Of a stretch of DNA of 42,383 nt, positions 26,933 through 37,560 are shown one piece after another. Numbering within the stretch: position 1 is the first letter of the stretch; each line of letters starts with the position of its first letter. Source of the stretch: an uncultured Gammaproteobacteria bacterium (GTDB taxonomy: Bacteria; Patescibacteriota; Patescibacteriia; UBA9934); contig CAZYCR010000002.1 of the NCBI GenBank assembly GCA_964645815.1, forward strand, positions 1-42,383, read 5' to 3'. The notes beneath the pieces were generated by a model. It worked only from the letters and a program-made list of their open reading frames with translations. It was not told the origin of the DNA and did not search any database. The position numbers and the translations under genes were made by a program.

Positions 26933-28198
26933 ATGATCGACCTAAAACTACTTCGCGAGCAGCCAAATGATATTTACGAAGCTGCTAAAGCAAAAAATAT
27001 CGAATTAGACATTGATCATATTTTAGAGCTCGACAAAAAAGTACGAACTCTGCAAGCAGAATTTGAAAGTATTGCCGCACAAAAAAATGAGGCTTCAAAA
27101 CAGATCGCCGGTGCTGGTGATGACGAGCGTCAAAAACTAATCAATGACATGCGCGTGATTGATCGCAAAGCCGATGAGCTCAAAGCTGAACTCACACCGC
27201 TTAAAGACGAGCTCGATGAACTGCTCTACAAAATTCCAAATCCGGCTATGCCAGACGTCAAAGTTGCAGCCAGTGAAGAAGAAAATGAAGTTGTCAAGAC
27301 AGTTGGTGAAAAAACTAAGTTTGATTTTGAACCAAAAGATCATCTTGAACTTGGCGAAGCTTTGGATATTATCGACATGGAAAGTGCTGCTCAAGCGTGC
27401 GGGGCAAGATTCACTTATCTCAAAGGAGATGGCGCGCTTTTGGAGTTTGCCTTGATTCAATATGCCTTGAGTGTCGCCCAAAAGCATGGTTTTGTTCCAG
27501 TGATCGTGCCACATTTGGTTAATCCAAAATCAATGCGAGCCATGGGCTATTTAGAGCACGGCGGACATGATGAAATCTACTTCTTGGCAAAAGACAACCA
27601 ATATTTGATTGGAACTTCTGAGCAATCAATCGGGCCAATGCACATGAATAAAACTTTTGATGAAAAAGAATTGCCACTCCGTTACATTGGTTTTTCTCCT
27701 TGCTACAGAAGGGAAGCGGGTTCGTACGGTAAGGACACAAAAGGAATTTTGAGAGTTCATCAGTTCGATAAATTGGAAATGTTTTCTTTCACTCATCCTG
27801 ATGTATCCAACGATGAACATGAATTTATTTTGAGCATTGAAGAAGAGCTAATGCAAGGTTTGGGCTTGCCTTATCAGGTTATTAAAATGGTCACCGGCGA
27901 TTTGGGACTTCCAGCAGCCAGAAAATACGATATTGAGGCTTGGATGCCGGCCCAGGATGCCTACCGTGAGACTCATTCTTGCAGCACAACAACAGACTTT
28001 CAAGCCCGACGCTTGAACACACGCTTCAAGGATAAAAACGGCGAAGTCCGATTTGTTCATACTCTCAATGGTACAGCTTTTGCCATTGGCAGAACTTTGA
28101 TTGCTATTTTAGAAAACTATCAGCAAGCTGATGGCAGCATTGTCATTCCGGAAGTTTTGCAACCGTTCATGGGTAAAGAAAAGATTGAGGCAAAATAA
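26933..28198 (+). CDS. serS: seryl-tRNA synthetase
   Basis: N-terminal coiled-coil arm plus a class II core (CYRREAGSYGKDTKGILRVHQF, TLNGTAFAIGRTLIAILEN). Confidence 0.95.
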   Translation: MIDLKLLREQPNDIYEAAKAKNIELDIDHILELDKKVRTLQAEFESIAAQKNEASKQIAGAGDDERQKLINDMRVIDRKADELKAELTPLKDELDELLYKIPNPAMPDVKVAASEEENEVVKTVGEKTKFDFEPKDHLELGEALDIIDMESAAQACGARFTYLKGDGALLEFALIQYALSVAQKHGFVPVIVPHLVNPKSMRAMGYLEHGGHDEIYFLAKDNQYLIGTSEQSIGPMHMNKTFDEKELPLRYIGFSPCYRREAGSYGKDTKGILRVHQFDKLEMFSFTHPDVSNDEHEFILSIEEELMQGLGLPYQVIKMVTGDLGLPAARKYDIEAWMPAQDAYRETHSCSTTTDFQARRLNTRFKDKNGEVRFVHTLNGTAFAIGRTLIAILENYQQADGSIVIPEVLQPFMGKEKIEAK

Positions 28199-28200
28199 CA

Positions 28201-29349
28201 ATGAAAGCACAAGGTTTTAAAACTTGGATCGAGATTAATGCCACGGCATTAAAATCAAACATTAACTCACTCCGGTCGCTTCTAAAGCCCGGGGTGACGT
28301 TTTGTGCTGTGGTCAAAGCTAATGCTTATGGCCATGAAACAGACACCATTGTCCGACTCTGTACAGTTGAAGGTATTAATCATTTTGCCGTTGATTCAAT
28401 CGACGAAGCTTTGATAGCTCGCCGACGGGCACCTGAAGCTACGATTTTTATTCTCGGCTATACAGTCGAAAAAAGACTGTCAGAAGTCATTGCCAATGGT
28501 TTTATCCAAACCGTCTACAATGAAGAAGACGTAGCCAAAATCGGCAGCCTGGCTTTATCCCAACAGAGAAAAGCCTTAATAAACCTAAAAGTTGAGACCG
28601 GCACCCAGCGACAAGGGGTTACCTTGAAGAAAATCGACCCGTTTTTACGCGAAATTCGGCGATATGAGCGGTTTTTGGAGCTTACAGGCATTTCCTCCCA
28701 TTTTGCCGATGCCGAGCACACCAGCGCCCCTAATTTCACCCACGAACAAACCGGGGTATTTGAAGAAGCCCTGATCATCTGCCAAGACCTTGGTTTTGAA
28801 CCAAAATACCAGCATATCGCTTGTTCGGCAGCAGCTGTCGCTTATCCGGAAACCCAAGGAACAATGACTCGCTTTGGCGTAACGCTTTATGGCCTTTGGT
28901 CATCGGAAGAATTAAGACGTACCAATAATGTCAGCCAAAGAACGATCGATCTAAAACCGATTTTAGCTTGGCGCACCACAGTGGCCCAAGTAAAAGATGT
29001 AGCTCCTGGTGTTTCAATTGGTTATGGCCGAACTTATGTTGCCGACAGACCGATCCGCATTGCAGTTTTACCGGTCGGATATTATGATGGCTATAGAAGA
29101 ATTTCATCGAGGCAGGGAAGTGTCTTAATTAAAGGTCAACGTTGTTCAATTTTGGGTACAATTTGTATGAACATGATGATGGTTGATGTTTCTCGACTGC
29201 CTAGTGTTAAAACCGGTGACACTGCAACTCTTTTGGGACGAGACGGCATGCACGAAATTTCCGCGGAAGAGCTCGCAGAAAATATGTCTACTATCAATTA
29301 CGAAGTCGTGACACAAATCAATCCTTTGCTACCTCGCATTGTCGTATGA
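28201..29349 (+). CDS. alr: alanine racemase
   Basis: PLP-lysine motif AVVKANAYGH and a C-terminal beta domain. Confidence 0.9.
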   Translation: MKAQGFKTWIEINATALKSNINSLRSLLKPGVTFCAVVKANAYGHETDTIVRLCTVEGINHFAVDSIDEALIARRRAPEATIFILGYTVEKRLSEVIANGFIQTVYNEEDVAKIGSLALSQQRKALINLKVETGTQRQGVTLKKIDPFLREIRRYERFLELTGISSHFADAEHTSAPNFTHEQTGVFEEALIICQDLGFEPKYQHIACSAAAVAYPETQGTMTRFGVTLYGLWSSEELRRTNNVSQRTIDLKPILAWRTTVAQVKDVAPGVSIGYGRTYVADRPIRIAVLPVGYYDGYRRISSRQGSVLIKGQRCSILGTICMNMMMVDVSRLPSVKTGDTATLLGRDGMHEISAEELAENMSTINYEVVTQINPLLPRIVV

Positions 29350-30242
29350 GCCGCCGAGACTATTTCAAAAAAACCAATCAACAATCCTGGCAAGGACGAC
29401 GTTTTCAAAATCCTTATTTTAACAGTGGTCCAAAGAACATTTGGCGTCGATTAATACCAATTTTTCTAATCCTGACGATTATAGCTGCCGGAGTTAGTTA
29501 TTTAATTTACGGCCCAGTTTTTAAAATACAATCAGTCTCTGTTTCTGGTTTGACAACTATTCCGCAAGAAGAAGTCGAAAATTTTGTACGCGATGAAATT
29601 AGTCACCAAGGACTGCGAATTTTACCAAAAGATAACCGTTGGTTTGTGCCAAACGATGACTTAAGTCAAAAACTAATGGATGAATTTGACCTTTCCAAAG
29701 CAGATATTTCAATCAATGGCGACCAAATCAATATTCAGGCTGAAGAAAGAATTTTGGAATTCGTTTGGCGTATTGATCGATCATTCTATTTTATTGATTT
29801 AGATGGTGTCATTACCCGCGAATTACGACAAAATGAACGAAATACCTTACTTAGCAGATTAAACATGGAACTAGACCCAACGATTGAAGGAGAAGAACGA
29901 GAATTTGCACCATTACAACCAACCATGCCGATTATCGAAGACAAAACAAAAACACCTGTAAACATTGGTGATAAACTTTTTGAAGCAAACATTGCCGAGA
30001 ATATTCTAAGCTTTGATTTAGGTTTGAGACAATTAGCCATTACGCCCTTAATCTACGAAACTGAGTCAAGGGTTGATCCTTGGTTTTCTGTTGTCATTAA
30101 TGCGCCATACAAAATTTTGTTCGATGGAGCAGGGGACACCACAAAACAACTAACGGCATTAGGTGTAACACTTAATGAATACACTGGCGTAATCAATAAG
30201 TACATCGATGTTAGATTTGAAAATAGAGCGTACGTAAAATAA
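29346..30242 (+). CDS. ftsQ: FtsQ/DivIB-like cell division protein (POTRA)
   Basis: One TM helix followed by a POTRA-like FKIQSVSVSGLTTIPQEEV. The start overlaps the alr stop. Confidence 0.65.
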   Translation: MSRRDYFKKTNQQSWQGRRFQNPYFNSGPKNIWRRLIPIFLILTIIAAGVSYLIYGPVFKIQSVSVSGLTTIPQEEVENFVRDEISHQGLRILPKDNRWFVPNDDLSQKLMDEFDLSKADISINGDQINIQAEERILEFVWRIDRSFYFIDLDGVITRELRQNERNTLLSRLNMELDPTIEGEEREFAPLQPTMPIIEDKTKTPVNIGDKLFEANIAENILSFDLGLRQLAITPLIYETESRVDPWFSVVINAPYKILFDGAGDTTKQLTALGVTLNEYTGVINKYIDVRFENRAYVK

Positions 30243-30292
30243 CCTCTATTTATTTTACGACGCAAGGGTAGATAATCAAAGGGGAAAGGGGA

Positions 30293-30340
30293 CGTTGGGT
30301 GTTGCAACTCAACGCTCTATTATTTTTTATAATTTTTTTT
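30293..30340 (+). terminator. rho-independent terminator of ftsQ
   Basis: Hairpin CGTTGGGT-GTTGCA-ACTCAACG (8 bp including G-U), followed by a T-rich run TATTATTTTTTATAATTTTTTTT. Confidence 0.65.
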
Positions 30341-30622
30341 GTCGCAAAAATAACTTAATTGCAAATAAAAAAATTTACTCATCATTAGAGTCAGAAGCCG
30401 TTTGAATAGTGTTGAGAACGACAGAAGTGAGAAGAGTGTTTTTTTGAATCAAAACCTAAAGGTATCCCAGGTCATGGACGATAAAAATCAAGCGTCGCAC
30501 AATATATCTTCTACGACTCTTGGCATATTTAAGCCCCGGGTTAGGTGATTCAACTACTATCTAGTAGTACTAAGTTCTAGTTTTTAAGGATTACACTTAT
30601 ATAAATAAATATCTGTCTTATC

Positions 30623-30648
30623 TATTTACAAATTATAATTTGTAAATA
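30623..30648. repeat. perfect 26-bp palindrome centred on TATAAT
   Basis: TATTTACAAATTA|TAATTTGTAAATA is an exact self-complement. Confidence 0.9.
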
Positions 30649-30783
30649 TTATTTTATAAAATATTTTGTCTCTAAACGAATTTACTATTAACAATTTTTT
30701 ATACCTGCTCGTTTGTTCAACCCTACTACCCCTTCCCTGATTACAAAGTCTTTGTGTCGTAAAATGAAAAACAGCCTAACCAC

Positions 30784-32046
30784 CTACAAGCCCGATACAT
30801 AAGACGCCGGATTAACTGGAATACCATTTAATCTGACTTCGAAGTGCAAGTGAGGTCCAGTTGAAAATCCTGTACTTCCCACATAGCCAATCACCTGTCC
30901 CCTTTCAACATAAGCGCCGGTCGAAGTATTAAAGCGACTCATGTGAGCGTATAAGGTGGCGTAACCTCCTTGGTGAATAACCATGACGTAATTACCGTAT
31001 GAACTGCCAGTCTTAGTCCAAGCCACAATTCCTGGTGCTGCGGCCTTAATTGGAGTACCGGTTGGTGCTGCCAAGTCAATACCGGAGTGCTCGAAAAGAT
31101 GACGGAAAGGATAAGTCGGATCATGGAAAGTTGCCGTTACTATGTAATCCATCAATGGTTTTGTAAAGAAAATTCCCTCTTCTGTTGAAGAGTCTTGGTT
31201 TTCAGCCAAACGACTTTCCAATTCACTTTGCAGTTGGCTGAGTTGAGAGGTGATGTATTGCTGATCCTGACGCAATTCACTCATCAAAACTCTGTACTGA
31301 GCTTCCGATGATTGCGTTTCATCGATCAAAACGTCTTTGGCTGACTTTTGTGAATCCAATTTAGCTACCTGCATTTTAAGCTCACCTTGCAAAGTAACCA
31401 ATTCGTCCAAACCATCTTCTTGAACCTCACGATTTTCTTCCAAATTATCTTTTGTATCTTTGGTGATGTCCAATGCTTGGTTTAACTCACGATTAACAGT
31501 TTCCAGATGATCCAATTCTTCAAATAACTCACTGAAATCATCAGCACCAAACATGACCTCAATAAAACCAATGTTGTCGCGTCGGTAAAGTGCGAAGATC
31601 ATTTCTTCGAGCATTTCTTTTTGAGTCAACAATTTCTCGTTTTCAGCCCTGATTTGCTCTTCTAAAATCTCAATTTCTAATTGCTGTGCTTCGATTTCGG
31701 CCTGAGTTGATTGAACGTCGAGTTCTGCCAGCGTTATTTGGTTTTCAATTAATGCTAAGTCATTCAAAAGACTGGCGGTTTGTTTTGAGTACTCATTTAC
31801 TTTCCGTTTGTACTCGTCCATTTTTTTATTGATTTGCTCAATCTCGGCCTTCTTATTGGCAATTTCGCTGTTCAAGTTATCCACATCGTCCGCCGCCAAT
31901 GCCTGTACTCCTGAAACAACAAAAAGACTAACAGCAAAAAATGCTGCCACAATTGCAAATAAAACTGAAATTCTCAGTATGTTTTTTCTCACACCTCCAT
32001 TATACCAAAATTTTGAAAGCCCGTTCCAGGCGAGCCAAACTTTCAT
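30784..32046 (-). CDS. M23-family (LytM/EnvC-like) peptidase with long N-terminal coiled coil
   Basis: C-terminal HSGIDLAAPTGTPI...GSTGFSTGPHLHFEV motifs, with a TM/signal segment then a coiled coil. The start is uncertain: 32100 (GTG), 32046 (ATG) and 31992 (GTG) are all possible, and the first two overlap the gltX 3' end. Confidence 0.8.
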   Translation of the reverse strand: MKVWLAWNGLSKFWYNGGVRKNILRISVLFAIVAAFFAVSLFVVSGVQALAADDVDNLNSEIANKKAEIEQINKKMDEYKRKVNEYSKQTASLLNDLALIENQITLAELDVQSTQAEIEAQQLEIEILEEQIRAENEKLLTQKEMLEEMIFALYRRDNIGFIEVMFGADDFSELFEELDHLETVNRELNQALDITKDTKDNLEENREVQEDGLDELVTLQGELKMQVAKLDSQKSAKDVLIDETQSSEAQYRVLMSELRQDQQYITSQLSQLQSELESRLAENQDSSTEEGIFFTKPLMDYIVTATFHDPTYPFRHLFEHSGIDLAAPTGTPIKAAAPGIVAWTKTGSSYGNYVMVIHQGGYATLYAHMSRFNTSTGAYVERGQVIGYVGSTGFSTGPHLHFEVRLNGIPVNPASYVSGL

Positions 32047-33460
32047 CTTTTCCAAGCACCCAAAGATATTCAAACGGGCTGGCAGATCTTTCTTGACCAC
32101 TCAAGGCAACACGCAAAGGCCAAAGAACATTGCCATTTTCCAATTGATTAGTTTCAATGTAGCTTCTTAGCTTGGTTTCAATACTACTAATCGAATCAAA
32201 GTCATTTTCCGACATTGTTTCAATAAACTGGTGAACATTTTTTAGCTGCGTCATGGCGTCTGCAGCGTCTGCCTTTTTCCAAATTAAAACTGAAGGGTCA
32301 TAAGCCGGCATTATCAGATAAGGCTCAATTTTTTCTTGCAGTTCATCTAATCTATCAGCTCTTCCCTTTTCCACCGCTAAAGCTCTTTGCACAACCGGGT
32401 TATTGAGATCAGCTTGAATAAATTTTTGAACAAACTTTATCAAATCTTTTTCAGACATCTTCTGCAAGTACTGATTGTTCATCCAACGCAACTTTTCTAG
32501 GTTCATCACTGCCCCGGACTTATTTACTTTTTTCAAATCAAATTTCTCAATCAGTTCTTTGAGTTCATAAATTTCTCTTTCACCACTTGGATTAAAACCA
32601 AGGGTGCCAACAAAGTTCAACAAAGCTTCGGGCAAATATCCTTGGGCTAGATAATCTTCTACAGCCGCGTCACCCTGACGTTTCGACAACTTGGTTTTAT
32701 CTGTATTTAAAAGAAGTGGCAGATGAGCAAACTTTGGCGCTTCAAAACCAAGCATCTTATAAAGAATCAGATGTTTTGGTGTGGATGGAACCCATTCTTC
32801 GCCGCGAATAACATGAGTAATTTTCATCAACGCATCATCGACAACAACAGCTAAATGATAGGTTGGAAAACCGTCTGATTTCAAAATAACCTGATCATCA
32901 ATTTCGGAGTTTTCAATTTTAATTGTTCCGCGAATTTCGTCTTCAAAAACCGTCTCTCCTTCCGGAACTTTCATTCTAACAACGTGAGGTTCACCGGCGT
33001 CGAGTAAAGTCTGGATTTCAGCTTCTGAGAGATGCAAACAAGTACGATCGTATTTTGGCGTTTGTTTGGTCGCCTTCTGTGCTTCTCTCATTTCTTCCAA
33101 TCTTTCTTTTGAACAAAAACAACGATAGGCATCGCCTTGCTCCAAAAGTTGATCGACGTATTGATGATAAAGATCCAATCTTTGTGATTGAATGTAGGGC
33201 CCAAAGTCTCCTTTTTCACCAATCACTCCATCGGCGTCAAGGAAAGGTCCTTCATCGTGCTCGATTCCAAGGTCTTGAAAAACCTGCAATAAATTCTCAA
33301 TTGCTCCTTCCACTAAACGTTCTCGATCTGTATCTTCGATACGAATAATAAAAGATCCTCCGGTTTGTCGAGCTAGAAAATAGTTAAATAATGCCGTGTG
33401 TAATGTGCCAATGTGCATGTAGCCGGTTGGCGAAGGAGCGATTCTTGTACGAGCTTGCAT
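32000..33460 (-). CDS. gltX: glutamyl-tRNA synthetase
   Basis: RIAPSPTGYMHIGT (HIGH) and KLSKR (KMSKS). ATG 33460 lies just after the upstream gene's stop. Confidence 0.95.
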   Translation of the reverse strand: MQARTRIAPSPTGYMHIGTLHTALFNYFLARQTGGSFIIRIEDTDRERLVEGAIENLLQVFQDLGIEHDEGPFLDADGVIGEKGDFGPYIQSQRLDLYHQYVDQLLEQGDAYRCFCSKERLEEMREAQKATKQTPKYDRTCLHLSEAEIQTLLDAGEPHVVRMKVPEGETVFEDEIRGTIKIENSEIDDQVILKSDGFPTYHLAVVVDDALMKITHVIRGEEWVPSTPKHLILYKMLGFEAPKFAHLPLLLNTDKTKLSKRQGDAAVEDYLAQGYLPEALLNFVGTLGFNPSGEREIYELKELIEKFDLKKVNKSGAVMNLEKLRWMNNQYLQKMSEKDLIKFVQKFIQADLNNPVVQRALAVEKGRADRLDELQEKIEPYLIMPAYDPSVLIWKKADAADAMTQLKNVHQFIETMSENDFDSISSIETKLRSYIETNQLENGNVLWPLRVALSGQERSASPFEYLWVLGKDESLARLERAFKILV

Positions 33461-33461
33461 A

Positions 33462-34271
33462 TTATTTCCCAATGAGTTGACGAAAAACTTCAATGATTAC
33501 ATTTTTAGTAGCCGAAAAAATTCGACCATGTTTTAGCGTATCATAGGCGACAATAGCTGGAAAGACAATAACCGCCCGGTAAATTCGTCCAATGCGTTTA
33601 GGTTGAAGTCTCAAACGCCAGAGCCATTCCAGACCGGTCATCCGAAACCACCGCGGAGCACGTGGTAAAACTCCGGCGATCATATCAAAAGCACCACCAA
33701 TACCAATCGCCATTTTTACAGTTGGACAGTGTGATAGATACTCGTTAATAAATTGTTCCTGACGTTTTTGACCAAGAGCCACTGCCAGAACATCTGGCTG
33801 ATGACTGTTGATTAATTCAATTAATTCCTGATTCAAATAACTTCCGTCTTCATTTTTTTTAATAACGCCTGGATTTAAACCAACCACTTCCAGTCCGGGA
33901 AACTGTTTTTTTAACTCTTCCCCTGCCCTTTTTGCAATATCTGCCTCTGCGCCAAATAATAATATTTTTTTCTTATTTTCTTGACAAAGTCTGGCCAGCC
34001 GAATAACTGTATCGGTTCCTGGATGACGAAAACGGAATTTCCCACCTTGCGCAGCAACGGCATAGCGAAGGCTAACTGAATCCGGTAAGACCATGTCTGC
34101 TTCATTTAAAAGTCGTTGAAACTCTTTATCTTTTTGAGCCGCTAAAATCATTTCTGCATTTGGCGTGACAATTTTTTTCTGTTGCCAACCAGAAAGCCAG
34201 CCTCGCAATATTGTTTCGAGTTGGTCTTCGGAAAAGTGGTCTATTTCAATATTAAGAATGGAAAATGACAT
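33462..34271 (-). CDS. WecG/TagA/CpsF-family glycosyltransferase
   Basis: 269 aa with a family-typical N-terminus (IVTPNAEMI...) and a C-terminal GLEWLWRL motif. Confidence 0.8.
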   Translation of the reverse strand: MSFSILNIEIDHFSEDQLETILRGWLSGWQQKKIVTPNAEMILAAQKDKEFQRLLNEADMVLPDSVSLRYAVAAQGGKFRFRHPGTDTVIRLARLCQENKKKILLFGAEADIAKRAGEELKKQFPGLEVVGLNPGVIKKNEDGSYLNQELIELINSHQPDVLAVALGQKRQEQFINEYLSHCPTVKMAIGIGGAFDMIAGVLPRAPRWFRMTGLEWLWRLRLQPKRIGRIYRAVIVFPAIVAYDTLKHGRIFSATKNVIIEVFRQLIGK

Positions 34272-34272
34272 C

Positions 34273-34698
34273 TTACTTTTTAATCAAAGAGTAAGCCGCA
34301 ACCACAGTCGCGCCCAAAAGATCCATGACTAAGTCGAACATGGTGTCCGCTAAACTTGGCTGCCGAACAATTTGATAAACACCATCGATCACGGCAGTAA
34401 AATAGTTGTCCATGACATACTCATAGATTTCCCAGGCAACTCCGACAAGAGCTACAAAACCAAAAATAAACAGCGGCACTAGCCACCACTCCAAATGTTT
34501 AGCGAGCCAACCTTTGAATCGAACTTCGACAATTCCCTCTTGCCAAAGAGCCAAGGCTAAAAGACCCATAGCTAATCCACCGGCGAAATGCATTGGGATA
34601 TCTAACCAGTGCCAAAGGCCATAGAGATGAAAAACAATGGCTAGAGCATGCGCAAAAAGAACAGCAATGATGGCAAAGAAAGCTTTTATTAAAGTCAT
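34273..34698 (-). CDS. integral membrane protein, unknown function
   Basis: ATG 34698 sits 10 nt downstream of a minus-strand TTGTCA-17-TATCTT promoter. The longer start in the ORF track would run through the clpB promoter and CIRCE. Confidence 0.55.
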   Translation of the reverse strand: MTLIKAFFAIIAVLFAHALAIVFHLYGLWHWLDIPMHFAGGLAMGLLALALWQEGIVEVRFKGWLAKHLEWWLVPLFIFGFVALVGVAWEIYEYVMDNYFTAVIDGVYQIVRQPSLADTMFDLVMDLLGATVVAAYSLIKK

Positions 34699-34730
34699 AA
34701 TATTCACCAAGATACTAGGTTTTTTCTGAC

Positions 34731-34760
34731 TTGACAAGAAGATTTTTAGCAGTCTATAAT
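34731..34760 (+). promoter_or_regulatory. clpB promoter (TTGACA-18 nt-TATAAT)
   Basis: TTGACA at 34731-34736 and TATAAT at 34755-34760. The -35 overlaps the -35 (TTGTCA) of the divergent minus-strand promoter. Confidence 0.65.
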
Positions 34761-34772
34761 GAAGAGTGCTAA
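34746..34772. promoter_or_regulatory. CIRCE element (HrcA operator)
   Basis: TTAGCAGTC-N9-GAGTGCTAA against the consensus TTAGCACTC-N9-GAGTGCTAA, one mismatch. The N9 spacer contains the -10 TATAAT. Confidence 0.75.
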
Positions 34773-34879
34773 GTATCAAATAGCGAAAGTTATAAAGTCA
34801 TAAAGTGGTAAAGTAAAATAATCAACTCCATCACTCAACCACTTCATCACTTTCTGATTTTATCACTTGCGAAAAACTT

Positions 34880-37534
34880 ATGATTCCTAATAACTTCACA
34901 TCCAAATCCCAAGAAGCCATCCAACAAGCTCAACTCTTGGCCAACGAAAATGGCCAACAAGGCATTGAGCCGATTCATCTTCTTTCTGCTCTCGTAAATC
35001 AAGAAGATGGCATCGTCCCATCAATTTTACAAAAAATTCATACCAATCTTCCGGCTCTACGCGGTGACATCGACGCCATTTTGAGTTCCCTACCCCGCTC
35101 CGAAGAAATTGAACTCGGCGACTTTGGTCAAGTTCTTTTGACACCTGGTATAGCGAGAGTTTTGCAACAAGCTGCTAAACAAGCTCAACAACTTGGTGAC
35201 GAATATATTTCCACCGAGCATCTTTTGTTTGGACTTTTAGTTGATAAAAATGTCGGCCGACTGCTTCACAACCATGGCGTTCAACCAGATGCTGTTATTG
35301 CTGCCTTAAAAGAAGTTCGCGGTAATCAAAGAATTGATACGGCTGATCCAGAAGCCAGAATGCAAGCTTTGGAAAAATACAGCATTAATCTAACTGATCG
35401 TGCTCGCCATGGAAAAATTGATCCGATTATTGGCCGTGACGAAGAGATTCGCCGCACCATGCAGGTCTTGGTTCGCCGCACAAAAAATAATCCGGTCTTA
35501 ATTGGTGAAGCCGGTGTGGGAAAAACTGCGGCCGTCGAAGGCCTGGCTCAGCGAATTGTAGCCGGTGACGTACCGGAAATTTTAAAAGAAAAAGAAATCG
35601 TTGCTCTTGATCTGGGCGCTTTAGTTGCCGGAACTAAGTTCCGCGGTGAATTTGAGGAACGCTTGAAAGCTGTTATCAGAGAAATTGAAGAGTCACAAGG
35701 TAATATTATTCTTTTTATCGATGAGTTACACACTTTGGTTGGTGCTGGTAAAGGAGATGAATCACCAATGGACGCTTCGAACATGTTAAAGCCGGCCCTG
35801 GCGCGTGGTGAACTTAGAGTTATTGGTGCCACCACAATTAAGGAATATCAAAAATACGTTGAAAAAGATGCGGCGCTTGAGCGACGTTTTCAGCCGGTAA
35901 TGATTGAAGAGCCAACAGTTGACGATACCATTGCTATCCTGCGAGGCATTAAAGAAAAGTACGAAATTCACCACGGTGTCCGCATTTCTGATGCGGCCAT
36001 TGTTGCGGCTGCTGAACTCTCACATCGCTACATCACTGACCGTCATTTACCAGATAAAGCAATTGACCTTATCGACGAATCAGCGGCAGCTCTCAGAATG
36101 CAAATCGACTCAATGCCGGAAGATTTGGATCGCTTGAAACGAGAAGAAATGCGCTATGAAATTGAAAAACAATCACTTCTAAAAGAAGAAGATAAGGATT
36201 CAAAAAAGCGTCTTCGCGAAATTGAAAAAACAATTGCTGATCTTAAAGAGCAATCAAGTGATTTGGAGTTGCGTTGGAAAAATGAAAAAAGCATTATTGA
36301 ACATATCCGCGAATTAAAAGATGAAATCGATAAACTAACAAGCGAATCTGAATACGAAGAGCGCAAAGGCGATTTGCAAAAAGTTGCTGAAATTAGATAC
36401 AGCCTCATTCCTCAAAAACGAGATGAACTACAAAATTCTCAAGAGGAGTTGAGAAAGTTTCAATCTGAGCGTGGTCTTTTGAAAGAAATGATTGGAGACC
36501 AAGAAATTGCCGCTGTAGTGGCTCGTTGGACTCATATTCCGGTTTCTAAAATGCTCGAGAGCGAACTTGATAAGCTGGCCAAGATGGAAGAGAACCTGGC
36601 TCAAAGAGTTGTTGGACAGAATGAATCAATCACAGCTGTCAGCAATGCTTTGCGTCGTTCAAGAGCCGGGATCTCCGAAGAACGTCGACCAATTGGTTCA
36701 TTTATTTTCTTGGGCCCAACCGGTGTTGGTAAAACAGAGTTAGCTAAAGCGTTGGCTGAATTCATGTTCAATGACGAAGAGGCTTTGATTCGCGTGGATA
36801 TGTCCGAATACATGGAAAAGCACGCGGTCAGCAAGATGATCGGTGCTCCTCCTGGCTACATTGGCTACGATGAAGCCGGACAACTTACGGAAAAAGTACG
36901 TCGACATCCCTATTCTGTTATCTTGTTCGATGAAATTGAAAAAGCGCATCCTGATGTCTTTAATATTTTGTTGCAAATCTTAGACGACGGTCATGTAACA
37001 GATGCCAAAGGACGCAAAGTCAACTTTAAAAATACTGTTATTATCATGACTTCTAACCTTGGATCAGAGGTACTCTTGAACGCTGATCGTCAAGGTAGCA
37101 TTGGTTTTGAGAGTAACAAAGAAGTAACTTCACAAAGCGAGGCAAAGAAAAGAGTCCTGGAACTTTTGAAAGAAAACTTTAAACCTGAATTTTTGAATCG
37201 GGTCGATGAAGTTATCTTTTTCCATGCTCTTTCCGAAGATAATATTGCCGACATTGTTAGCCTTCAACTAGAGATAATTTCTAAACGACTAAGTGATCAG
37301 AGAAGCATTAGCTTAAATGTAACTGAACGAGCTAAAAAACTACTTGGTAAAAAAGGTTACGATCCGCAATACGGCGCTCGACCTCTCAAACGAATTATTC
37401 AAAATGATATTCTTGATCCTTTGGCTATGAAAATAATCATCGGTGAAATCCCTTCTGAGGCTAAAGTTACCATCGACGCCGTTCAAGATGAGATTAAAAT
37501 TCGCGTCAAAGAATCAACACTTGTTTCTGCATAA
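34880..37534 (+). CDS. clpB: ClpB disaggregase
   Basis: 884 aa with Clp N-repeats, two AAA+ modules ([16 protein letters not shown]) and a long coiled-coil middle domain. Confidence 0.95.
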   Translation: MIPNNFTSKSQEAIQQAQLLANENGQQGIEPIHLLSALVNQEDGIVPSILQKIHTNLPALRGDIDAILSSLPRSEEIELGDFGQVLLTPGIARVLQQAAKQAQQLGDEYISTEHLLFGLLVDKNVGRLLHNHGVQPDAVIAALKEVRGNQRIDTADPEARMQALEKYSINLTDRARHGKIDPIIGRDEEIRRTMQVLVRRTKNNPVLIGEAGVGKTAAVEGLAQRIVAGDVPEILKEKEIVALDLGALVAGTKFRGEFEERLKAVIREIEESQGNIILFIDELHTLVGAGKGDESPMDASNMLKPALARGELRVIGATTIKEYQKYVEKDAALERRFQPVMIEEPTVDDTIAILRGIKEKYEIHHGVRISDAAIVAAAELSHRYITDRHLPDKAIDLIDESAAALRMQIDSMPEDLDRLKREEMRYEIEKQSLLKEEDKDSKKRLREIEKTIADLKEQSSDLELRWKNEKSIIEHIRELKDEIDKLTSESEYEERKGDLQKVAEIRYSLIPQKRDELQNSQEELRKFQSERGLLKEMIGDQEIAAVVARWTHIPVSKMLESELDKLAKMEENLAQRVVGQNESITAVSNALRRSRAGISEERRPIGSFIFLGPTGVGKTELAKALAEFMFNDEEALIRVDMSEYMEKHAVSKMIGAPPGYIGYDEAGQLTEKVRRHPYSVILFDEIEKAHPDVFNILLQILDDGHVTDAKGRKVNFKNTVIIMTSNLGSEVLLNADRQGSIGFESNKEVTSQSEAKKRVLELLKENFKPEFLNRVDEVIFFHALSEDNIADIVSLQLEIISKRLSDQRSISLNVTERAKKLLGKKGYDPQYGARPLKRIIQNDILDPLAMKIIIGEIPSEAKVTIDAVQDEIKIRVKESTLVSA

Positions 37535-37560
37535 AAACAACGACCCGGCGCGCACTCTTA

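Larger units (their letters stand above)
30252..30765. repeat. ~515-bp non-coding A+T-rich element bounded by ~50-bp imperfect inverted repeats (MITE-like)
   Basis: Left end ATTTTACGACGCAAGGGTAGATAATCAAAGGGGAAAGGGG. The right end, reverse-complemented, is ATTTTACGACACAAAGACTTTGTAATCAGGGAAGGGGTAG. No ORF of 60 aa or more lies inside. Confidence 0.45.

Noticed and set aside
30243-30783. That the A+T-rich 540-bp spacer is a replication origin.
   Set aside because: There is no dnaA or dnaN nearby, and I saw no cluster of DnaA-box-like 9-mers (TTATCCACA). The terminal inverted repeats fit a mobile-element remnant better.
31808-32170. The 120-aa plus-strand ORF antisense to the M23 peptidase/gltX junction, and other antisense ORFs inside core genes (for example 291-530 minus, 12152-12343 minus, 27137-27514 minus).
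   Set aside because: They lie entirely within well-supported conserved CDSs on the opposite strand, lack start signals and have low-complexity translations.
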